Source: a virus
Lineage: Duplodnaviria; Heunggongvirae; Uroviricota; Caudoviricetes; Crassvirales
Virus record (IMG/VR): IMGVR_UViG_3300020050_008479
DNA length: 32,218 nucleotides
Direction: 5' to 3' (one strand)
The notes beneath the pieces are model-generated. The model did no database searches. It was not told where the DNA came from and saw only the letters and a program-made list of their open reading frames with translations. Below, in pieces: positions 18,573-26,275 of the stretch (the first letter of the stretch is position 1; each line of letters starts with the position of its first letter). The position numbers were made by a program, and so were the translations under genes.

Positions 18573-19115
18573 TTATTTTATTTTATTTCTAGCTTCTATC
18601 GCGTCTTTAAATAATCCGGTTGTGTCTATTCTGTTACTGAAGATATATCCTCCGTCATCGAATTCATATCTAGTTTCTCCTTCTTCTACTGAATTTCTCT
18701 TTCCGTTGGCTCCAATACCTAATGGTATTCCTCCAAGAGAGTTTTGTTCGTGAGTTCCTCCGCCTTTGAATTCAGTCAGTCTGTTACTTGTTCCAGATAT
18801 TGATTCATCTCCTCCGTATGAAAGATGTGTCTCTTGTTCGGAATTAAACGAGTCCTCTTTCTCAATAAGAGAATCTGAACTTAGTTGACTAACATTCATC
18901 TCTTCATCAAAATCATAATCATCTCTCCATGTCTTTCCATCGAGTCTTTCTCCTTCAAGCTCTTCCTGAAGTTGTTTGTTGTAAGCATATTCTCTTTTGC
19001 TTACTTCTTCTAATTCAGGATGCTTATCTCTTAAGTCCCTATACAAAAAATCCCGAGGTTGAATTTCTTCTACCTCAGGCTTATTGATTTCAGGATTATC
19101 TAAATAATTTATCAT
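18573..19115 (-). CDS. Cargo protein: acidic N-terminal region plus conserved crAss GGTHE...VEEGE...FSNR domain
   Basis: 180 aa. C-terminal FKGGGTHEQNSLGGIPLG...NSVEEGET...YIFSNRI matches a block I recall from crAss-like cargo proteins. About 29 D/E in the first 100 aa. Confidence 0.75.
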   Translation of the reverse strand: MINYLDNPEINKPEVEEIQPRDFLYRDLRDKHPELEEVSKREYAYNKQLQEELEGERLDGKTWRDDYDFDEEMNVSQLSSDSLIEKEDSFNSEQETHLSYGGDESISGTSNRLTEFKGGGTHEQNSLGGIPLGIGANGKRNSVEEGETRYEFDDGGYIFSNRIDTTGLFKDAIEARNKIK

Positions 19116-19133
19116 CTCTATCTTGTTTATAAT

Positions 19134-19141
19134 ACAAATGT
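19134..19141 (-). promoter_or_regulatory. Candidate Bacteroidota -7 promoter element for the 180-aa gene
   Basis: Minus strand TACATTTG matches TAnnTTTG in the 69-nt gap after the muzzle gene. The nearest upstream TTG is only 14 nt away, shorter than canonical. Confidence 0.45.
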
Positions 19142-19184
19142 ATTAAGTTTTATTGACAATCTTGCTATTAACTATAACAACAAA

Positions 19185-22100
19185 TTAGTATTCTGTATAA
19201 GATAGTGTTACATCATGAGCAACCATCTTGTATCCGTTAGGATTATTTAAAGTTAATTTTATGTAACTCCATGGATTTCTAATTCTATCTCTAGTTTTTA
19301 AAGCTCCATTCATTGATCTAGGAAATGCTATATTCCAACTTCTAAATCTTCTCTTAAGATTTGATCTTAAAACTAAACTAACCTCTCCTGTGTCTTGGTA
19401 TTCATTCCAAAGTCTTATTGACGTGAATGTACTGTTTGGCAAATCAACTCCACTAGAAGTAGTCATTTCCATTTTGTATTCAGCATTGTTGAAAACAACG
19501 TCGTTGTCCACTCCAGGCGCCGCAAGAAAAGTTATAGAAGATTCATAGTTAGATCCATAAAAGTGATTTCTTATTCCACTGAAATGTTGCCATCCAGAGT
19601 TCCTTCCGGGATTAGTGGTAATCATTCTTTGTCCTTTGTTGATATAAACAGCTGGCTTATAGTCGTAAAAACTAGTGAATGCTTTTTTACTTTCATTGTA
19701 AGCTATTGTATAAGAAGGTATTGACTGCAAGAAAGTCATGTATATCTCATTGTCAATATTATTGTATCCAATAGAAACACCTCTTCCAATTAGCGGATTG
19801 TCCTGAGCCAAGTCTTCAAGTTTCGTGTTATTAGTCATGAAACTATGTAATCCTGCAGCTTCCGACAAACTTACAACTCCTTGTCCAACTTGACCAATAG
19901 ATCTATTTATTACATCGTAGTAATAAATTCCATTAGATGTTGATGCTACTGACCATTTATTCTTTGTTCCTGATTCAGTTGAAAGATAAGTATGGTTGTT
20001 TAACACTGAACCTGTTCCAATTTGAATTGCCAATCCATCTCTAGCAGTTGTTTGTACTCTTGGTTCAATTGATATCTTTGCTATTGCCGTATCTTGAAAA
20101 GTGAATATTTCATCTTCTAATTTAGCAACACCATTGATTGGTCCGTATCTTCCATCAAGCGTTCTAGTTTCATTCTCTAGGAAGTTTGTCCAATTGTCTA
20201 TGAATTCACCGGCAATCTTTTTACTTGAAGAAACAATCTTAGTGTCGAACTCATTTATTGCTTTAAACTTAAATCCAGTTCCAGTTGTCTGAACTAGAGT
20301 AGGTTCTTGAGAATAAACTCTGTTGTAGTTGTGATATTCAACTTCTTTTGGTTGATATCTATTATCCCATTCATTTATTGAGATGTCATTTCTTTGTCTA
20401 AGATTCACTGTAGTTTCTACCGGAATAGATATAATCTCTGTTACTTGTAAGTAGTCTTGATTAGATAATTCAGTATTAGTCTTAGTCATCTTCGCGAATT
20501 TAAAATCACCAACGAATGTGTCTCCTGGAGATTCTATTGTAGTTAGCGCCTCGTCTATCTTTGAGTATGGCCCTATTCCCATGTAGCTACTTCTTGATTT
20601 AGCTTCCATGCTGTTACCTCCATATATTCCTCCAAGATAAGCATGATTGGTGTCGTGAGTAAAATCAACTAACATTCCTGAATTTGATCCAGTTCCTAAT
20701 TGATATATTGGTCCCAACTGTCCTGTACCTCCAGTTACTTCGTGAAACTTAGCGTCTGTGAATATTTTTTCCAAAGACCTTCTTGATGTAATTGGCGTTG
20801 AGGACGAATTGTCTCCTTCCATTAATGTAACACACCTTGCTCCAAAGCTATTAGTTCCTAGAACTTGACATTCTGCATTGTTATTAGAAGCATCTTCACT
20901 CCAGTTATCTATAAGCATAGCTCTCAATGAGTTAGCATATCTAAACAGCGAATTTCCATTGTATGCTTTAGAGTCTTGACCTATCTCTGTCAATTCCGGA
21001 GTACCATAAATATCAGCAGTTTTAATACCGTTGGTAGGAATAGCAATAAATCCGTTTTTAAACTCTCTAAAGAATTGAAATACTCCTGTTCCGTTATCTG
21101 AGTTAGTTGGCCCAAAAATACTACGATCCGCAAGTCCTGAAGCTCCACCTGATATCGGCGTCACTGTAACCCCTGGAGAATCAGAAGTAAATCCATTTAT
21201 AAATTTTGCTTCAGTATCATTTATTTTAGATACTGGATTATACTCTGACATCCAGTTGTTCTTTCTACTCTCTTGTTGTATTCCAACAATCCTAAGCATT
21301 GTAGAAGCATTGAACACTGGGCTACCAAACGTAACTTCCGGAGAGAACACTTGCATCATTTTATTGAATTGAATATTCTGAGCTCTCCATTGTCCAGACG
21401 GAGCAGCCTTAAACCCTTCTCTGTTTCTTCCATTACCCAATGAGTTATTATCGGTGTAAGAATCTGCAGCTAGTTCATGATAATCATTTGCTCCAACAAA
21501 AGGCAATTGTCTTTGTATTAAAGGTCTTTGTAGTGATGGCATTTTCAATGCATCAGAATCATTAGCCAATGTAGCTAATGTAGTTTTGTTTGTTTCTTTA
21601 CCTCCTTTTTTAAGGTTTGCAATCATTGAATTGATTAATCCTTGGCAAATTATAGTTTTGTCTCCTTCTGTACGATTAGATCTTAATATTCTATAACCAA
21701 TAGGTTTTTCATCATTATCTGGCAATGATGCTAACCAAGTATAAAACTCTGGTTTCATAAAAGCAACTAATGTGTTTCCTAATCCATTTAAGTTTCCGTC
21801 CGGAGCTTTTAAATCAGCTATCCATTTAGGAAAACTATATTGTCCTTTCTTGTTATAAAACTCAATTGCAAATCTATATATCTCTCTACTTTTTAAAAGT
21901 TTCTTAGAAGCTAAACTTTCTATTGATACAGGACCGTTTGCGTGATTAACATAAAGAGTTATGTACTTTCCTTCAACTCCAGGCAACGATCCATTTTTAA
22001 TGTACTTGTATGTGTTGTAATCTCTGTTTATTGAATCATGCTTTAAATCTAAAGCGTAAGTTGTAGTGTTAAGTGATATAATGTTTGCTGGAGTATTAGT

Positions 22101-23321
22101 TGTAACACCTCCGGCTCCGTCAGAAACAACGTCGCTCCATACTTCAACCTGTCCTGTAGAACTATGGGCGTAAGCTCTCATGTCAACATCAATATCAAAC
22201 TTCAATTCTTTTACATTAAACAAGAATAATCTTAAGTTTTTAGACTCTATGTGTTTTGGTATTGAAACATTACTTCCAAGAAACAAGAATTCTGCCAATG
22301 ATACTGATTGCACTGATATACCTGGGTCACTAAATTGAGTCTCTACATAATTGCTTATCAAACTATCTGACACTATTGATATCGATGGCGCTTGATTGTA
22401 TGATGTATACTTGATAGCATAAATCTTTATGTGAGTATAATTAGTATCTAGATTCTTAATGCTTATGGTTGGCATTGAAGCTACGATTTCATTTAGATCT
22501 CCGCCACCTGTAGATTTACCTAAGTCTATCATTTCAGATAAAGGAGAGATAGCTGTTTGTGATCCATTTACTCTATATAAGTTATAAGCATACTGAATTA
22601 CTCCGGCAGTATGACTTCCTCCAGATGCAAGAGAAACAAGAGTTGGCTGAGATGTTATAAATCTACCAACAGTATCTATTACTGAAACACTCATGTCTAT
22701 CAACTCTTCTAAATCTTTATTTGCAATTGATTGCTTTAAGTTCAAGAATCTTAATTGACTTCTTCCATCAACCCAATATACTTTTTCTATAATTGAATTC
22801 TCATAGTTGTATATCGCTTGTATTGGATGGTTAGAAGAGAATTGCATGTCGCGCATGTATTTCAGTCTAACAACAATAGGAAGGTTTGTTGATATGTTTT
22901 CAATTTCCCAGATACAATCGAATCCTGCATCATCAGTAGTAAATAAAATTACATTATCTCTTGAGTAAGCTTTTCCTATAATTACCTGTATTCCAGATAC
23001 TTTTGCAGTCTGGTTTGGATTTGTGTATGTAACCTCTATTTCTGAACGAGGAATAGTTACTCCGGAGGTAGCATAAGGAAGATTCATGGCGATGTTATCC
23101 ATTCCAGTATAATTTATCCTTCTGTTTACTAAATCTATCACGGGAATTGGAACAGTGAATAACTGAGAATTACCATGCTCATTAGTTACAGAGAATGTAC
23201 TTTGTTGGTCCGTTGCTATAATCCTAATATTCTTCGCGTCGAAATACATCTGGCCAGGAAATTTACTTTTAGATAAATCCTTAACCATTCCTTCCGGGCT
23301 TAATTTTAATTGCTTCATCAT
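19185..23321 (-). CDS. Tail stabilisation / muzzle protein (P22 gp10-like; crAss001 gp44-like)
   Basis: 1378 aa, beta-rich. N-terminal GMVKDLSKSK...YFDAKNIRI, internal YRFAIEFYNKKGQYS, and C-terminal YGPI, YYYD, FTSFYDY, RRFRSW, RIRNPW blocks. Position after the ring genes is typical. Confidence 0.88.
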   Translation of the reverse strand: MMKQLKLSPEGMVKDLSKSKFPGQMYFDAKNIRIIATDQQSTFSVTNEHGNSQLFTVPIPVIDLVNRRINYTGMDNIAMNLPYATSGVTIPRSEIEVTYTNPNQTAKVSGIQVIIGKAYSRDNVILFTTDDAGFDCIWEIENISTNLPIVVRLKYMRDMQFSSNHPIQAIYNYENSIIEKVYWVDGRSQLRFLNLKQSIANKDLEELIDMSVSVIDTVGRFITSQPTLVSLASGGSHTAGVIQYAYNLYRVNGSQTAISPLSEMIDLGKSTGGGDLNEIVASMPTISIKNLDTNYTHIKIYAIKYTSYNQAPSISIVSDSLISNYVETQFSDPGISVQSVSLAEFLFLGSNVSIPKHIESKNLRLFLFNVKELKFDIDVDMRAYAHSSTGQVEVWSDVVSDGAGGVTTNTPANIISLNTTTYALDLKHDSINRDYNTYKYIKNGSLPGVEGKYITLYVNHANGPVSIESLASKKLLKSREIYRFAIEFYNKKGQYSFPKWIADLKAPDGNLNGLGNTLVAFMKPEFYTWLASLPDNDEKPIGYRILRSNRTEGDKTIICQGLINSMIANLKKGGKETNKTTLATLANDSDALKMPSLQRPLIQRQLPFVGANDYHELAADSYTDNNSLGNGRNREGFKAAPSGQWRAQNIQFNKMMQVFSPEVTFGSPVFNASTMLRIVGIQQESRKNNWMSEYNPVSKINDTEAKFINGFTSDSPGVTVTPISGGASGLADRSIFGPTNSDNGTGVFQFFREFKNGFIAIPTNGIKTADIYGTPELTEIGQDSKAYNGNSLFRYANSLRAMLIDNWSEDASNNNAECQVLGTNSFGARCVTLMEGDNSSSTPITSRRSLEKIFTDAKFHEVTGGTGQLGPIYQLGTGSNSGMLVDFTHDTNHAYLGGIYGGNSMEAKSRSSYMGIGPYSKIDEALTTIESPGDTFVGDFKFAKMTKTNTELSNQDYLQVTEIISIPVETTVNLRQRNDISINEWDNRYQPKEVEYHNYNRVYSQEPTLVQTTGTGFKFKAINEFDTKIVSSSKKIAGEFIDNWTNFLENETRTLDGRYGPINGVAKLEDEIFTFQDTAIAKISIEPRVQTTARDGLAIQIGTGSVLNNHTYLSTESGTKNKWSVASTSNGIYYYDVINRSIGQVGQGVVSLSEAAGLHSFMTNNTKLEDLAQDNPLIGRGVSIGYNNIDNEIYMTFLQSIPSYTIAYNESKKAFTSFYDYKPAVYINKGQRMITTNPGRNSGWQHFSGIRNHFYGSNYESSITFLAAPGVDNDVVFNNAEYKMEMTTSSGVDLPNSTFTSIRLWNEYQDTGEVSLVLRSNLKRRFRSWNIAFPRSMNGALKTRDRIRNPWSYIKLTLNNPNGYKMVAHDVTLSYTEY

Positions 23322-23325
23322 AGTC

Positions 23326-24033
23326 TTAGTGTATTTTCATGAATTCTCTTGATCCTAAATACTTCATTCTTTCGTTGAATTGATTTGTATTAGGCAGTAT
23401 TTGTCGTATGCTATTTGTGAAAGCTTCCATTTCAGCTTCATCTGGCATTATTAAATCAGATTGAGCTTGACCTACATTGAAGCAATAATCAACTTCAGCT
23501 TTATTTAATTTCCTGTCCGACACTTTATCCATGTCGTTCAAGATATCAAACCACCTGTATTTTATGTAGCTCTCAATACATCTAATAAGCTTTATGTTAT
23601 CTGGAATCATTGGATAACAGTCTTCATCGATAGCAATTGCTTTGTATGCTATTGCCAACTCTCCACTCTCCATGTTTGTGTTAATCTTTGAATTAGATAA
23701 ACTGTATGTGATTGAAGAATTATTAGTTTCTGATATTTCTACTTTATCATAATGATCGTGTATAATATCTGTTCCTTTATTCAACGGAACTAATGTTCCT
23801 CCTTTATTGTAATAAACTTGTTCTGTATAAATTAAATCAATTGGCAAGTCTCCTTTGAACTGTTTAATTATAATCTTCTCCATTTTAGTTGTATAAATTG
23901 GAGGCATGTTTACTAGCCTCAGGCATTCAACAGTCTTGTCTATAATGAATTCAAAGTTAAGGTCTTTCATTATAGGATTCATCATCAACCTATCTGCAAT
24001 AGATTTAATGGAAATAAAATGTCCTGATATCAT
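23326..24033 (-). CDS. Tail tubular / ring protein (P22 gp4-like; crAss ring protein)
   Basis: 235 aa with SIKSIADRL, LPIDL, YKAIAIDEDCYPMIPD, AIESY-like CIESYIKY and YVGQA-like FNVGQAQ blocks; directly upstream of the muzzle gene. Confidence 0.82.
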   Translation of the reverse strand: MISGHFISIKSIADRLMMNPIMKDLNFEFIIDKTVECLRLVNMPPIYTTKMEKIIIKQFKGDLPIDLIYTEQVYYNKGGTLVPLNKGTDIIHDHYDKVEISETNNSSITYSLSNSKINTNMESGELAIAYKAIAIDEDCYPMIPDNIKLIRCIESYIKYRWFDILNDMDKVSDRKLNKAEVDYCFNVGQAQSDLIMPDEAEMEAFTNSIRQILPNTNQFNERMKYLGSREFMKIH

Positions 24034-24035
24034 AG

Positions 24036-24575
24036 TTAGTATTCGTTTACAAAAGCATCTATCTTTCCTTTAAATATGGATTGGGATAAATCTCTTTTAA
24101 GTTGTCTGTTAAATTTTATTGTATACAAGCTCTTATTTTTAAAGTCAGCTTTTGACTTAAGATAAGTTATCTTGAATGTATGGCTATCCGTATGTTCATT
24201 AGTGAATCTGATTTTAATCTTCTTCTCTTCTGCTGCCTTATTTTCTAGCCAAAGCTTTCTTGTTTCTTTCCAATTGACTGGTAAATTATTTACTATGTTT
24301 CCATTTGTATCTATCTTTACTTCAGTCTTAGATTTACGCAGCTCAGCTCTTCCCATTTTCTTTGGGAATAAGATATCTTTTCCTTTCATAGAAAGTCCAT
24401 CGCGCAAGAACGCGTTGTATTCTTTGATTATCTCTCCGTAGACCTTCCTGCTGATTTTAGAGTCTTTGTTATTAAGTTTAAACGATCTATAATAGTCGTT
24501 TACTCCGTAGTCAGCAGTTGCTCTATGTATTCTATTTTTCTTCTCTATCGTCTGTTGAATCATTTTTCTCGTCAT
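24036..24575 (-). CDS. Conserved crAss IHF/HU-like DNA-binding protein
   Basis: 179 aa, very basic; FPKKMGRAELRK, PVNWKETRKLW, FTNEHTD and IKFNRQLKRDLSQSI blocks match the crAss IHF-like family as recalled. Overlaps the upstream gene by 44 nt (32 nt if Met5 is the start). Confidence 0.72.
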   Translation of the reverse strand: MTRKMIQQTIEKKNRIHRATADYGVNDYYRSFKLNNKDSKISRKVYGEIIKEYNAFLRDGLSMKGKDILFPKKMGRAELRKSKTEVKIDTNGNIVNNLPVNWKETRKLWLENKAAEEKKIKIRFTNEHTDSHTFKITYLKSKADFKNKSLYTIKFNRQLKRDLSQSIFKGKIDAFVNEY

Positions 24576-25203
24576 TAGGTATCTGCAAAGGTACCATTAA
24601 ATCTTTAACAATCAAAGATACTATGTCGTTAATCATATAACCTTCTAATGGATATTCATTATCTAATTCTTCACATGTAGAGAAGCATGACATTTCATTG
24701 GCTTTAGCAGGAGATTCAAATACACCTCTTGCAATAACTTTACTCATCATCATGAAGTTTACTCTCTTGGAATAAAAGTAAATTCTTCCATCTACATTTA
24801 TAGCAGTATAGATCTGATTGTTTAAGTATTTATTATGTCCAAGGAATGGGAATCTCTCCATTGCAACTGAATTAAATCCAGTTGTGAAGTTGTCTATACT
24901 TCTTACTGTAATCAAATCTTCTCTTCCTGAAATGTTAATTACAGTTGGTATAACTTGCTTAGTTCTAAGTATATGTCCAAACAAAGGAGATCCATTTATG
25001 GCGTCTACAACTTCTAAATCAAGACAAATTTCCGATAGACACGCTACCGGAATTGACTTGGTTATGTTACTGAATGTTTGCTTTATAAGCACCATTCTTT
25101 TTACGTCTATAAGATGAGCAAGATACTCATTAGTAAAGATGTCGTCATCAGTAGTAATTTGTAGCTTCTCTTTTATGTCGTAAATTATTTCTAGTTTAGT
25201 CAT
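24532..25203 (-). CDS. Tail ring / conserved crAss structural protein
   Basis: 223 aa with IYDIKEKL...DDD, KRMVLIKQ, IC-L-LE, YTAINVDGRIYF, VFESP and EYPLE...I blocks; located in the crAss tail cluster. Confidence 0.75.
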   Translation of the reverse strand: MTKLEIIYDIKEKLQITTDDDIFTNEYLAHLIDVKRMVLIKQTFSNITKSIPVACLSEICLDLEVVDAINGSPLFGHILRTKQVIPTVINISGREDLITVRSIDNFTTGFNSVAMERFPFLGHNKYLNNQIYTAINVDGRIYFYSKRVNFMMMSKVIARGVFESPAKANEMSCFSTCEELDNEYPLEGYMINDIVSLIVKDLMVPLQIPNDEKNDSTDDREEK

Positions 25204-26209
25204 TTTTGTATAATTTATTATTAAACAATAATCCTTCGTTATAAGGTATTGCTGTAACTCTTGATATATTATCTACTCCAAGTTTAATGACAGCAAGTCC
25301 ATTTGTCCAAGCTTCTTTCTGGAACCCTGACATGTAATTGAATACAGGTGCAGTTCTATCTCCTCCGAATCCACAGTTGTATGCAGATAAACCACCTTCA
25401 AGGTGAGTGTTGAATCTATGAGTGTGAAAGAAAACTACGTTACGTCTAAGTGTTGTCAAGTGCTTGTGAGCTGAATGAGTAGTACACCACATTCCGTGCA
25501 TAATCTCAGTGTCACCTATGATTACTTTTGCATTTCTCCAGTCTTTCTGGAAGTTATAACCTCTTCCTTCGAAGCATGCATGATAAGGACTTAATGATGG
25601 TTGATGTCCTAGTTTTGAATTGTCTGCTTGTTTTGTGTATTGCAAATACCAGTCTTCATGGTTACCGTAGAAATACTCTTTTTCTACCTTACGTGTTCCA
25701 ATAGCATCATCAATCTGATCCAAGTATTCATTGGCTTCCTTGTACTCTCTAGCTAAGTCATAACCAAGCACCGGCATTAATCCTTTAGCGTGCCTTGATA
25801 TTGAAGACATATCTAAAATGTCACCGGCCAATACTATTCCTTTTAAGTCAGGACAATCTTTAATCAACTTGATTACTGAAGCAAAAAAATCTTCATTAAC
25901 CCAAGGTAAGTGCAGACAGCCCAATACAATGTAGTTTCCTGCCGCGTATTTCCTTTTTAAGTACTTAGGCAATGCCGGAGAATTCCTTGCTTGATTCACT
26001 AAGTCAAGAGCCTTATCGTATTCACCTCTCTTCATTAGTTCTGACAATTCATTAATTCCTTTTGTTGAAGTTTCTGATCTGAATTCTTTCAATACCGCAG
26101 CACAGTCGTTTACATTTTCAATACCTAAAGCTTTTGCTAAAGCGTATTTTCCGAATTTCTTATAACCAGGCTTTTGTTCTAAAAACAATTTAATCTCTCT
26201 CTTATCCAT
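25196..26209 (-). CDS. Calcineurin-like metallophosphoesterase with N-terminal helical (possibly HTH) extension
   Basis: 337 aa. Motifs GCLHLP (C98 where DxH is usual), GDILD (D130), GNHE (182-185), MHG and FHTH (261-264). Confidence 0.85.
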   Translation of the reverse strand: MDKREIKLFLEQKPGYKKFGKYALAKALGIENVNDCAAVLKEFRSETSTKGINELSELMKRGEYDKALDLVNQARNSPALPKYLKRKYAAGNYIVLGCLHLPWVNEDFFASVIKLIKDCPDLKGIVLAGDILDMSSISRHAKGLMPVLGYDLAREYKEANEYLDQIDDAIGTRKVEKEYFYGNHEDWYLQYTKQADNSKLGHQPSLSPYHACFEGRGYNFQKDWRNAKVIIGDTEIMHGMWCTTHSAHKHLTTLRRNVVFFHTHRFNTHLEGGLSAYNCGFGGDRTAPVFNYMSGFQKEAWTNGLAVIKLGVDNISRVTAIPYNEGLLFNNKLYKND

Positions 26210-26229
26210 ATATAAATTTTTTTATGTTG

Positions 26230-26258
26230 CAAAATTAGGGATATGTTTTTAATTTCAA
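26230..26258 (-). promoter_or_regulatory. Bacteroidota/Flavobacterium-type housekeeping promoter for the metallophosphoesterase gene
   Basis: Minus strand TTG (26258-26256), an 18-nt spacer, then TAATTTTG followed by CA (26237-26230), about 20 nt upstream of the ATG. Matches TTG-N17-23-TAnnTTTG. Confidence 0.7.
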
Positions 26259-26268
26259 CATATCCCTA
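26236..26268 (-). terminator. 12-bp inverted repeat after the 1422-aa gene (possible terminator or operator), overlapping the promoter
   Basis: TAGGGATATGTT / AACATATCCCTA with a 9-nt loop; followed on the minus strand by ATTTTG, a weak U-tract. Confidence 0.55.
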
Positions 26269-26275
26269 TAATAAT

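Noticed and set aside
19153-19178. Plus-strand TTGACA…TATAAC sigma70-like promoter
   Set aside because: The spacer is only 14 nt, it points antisense into a minus-strand gene, and the likely host uses TAnnTTTG promoters.
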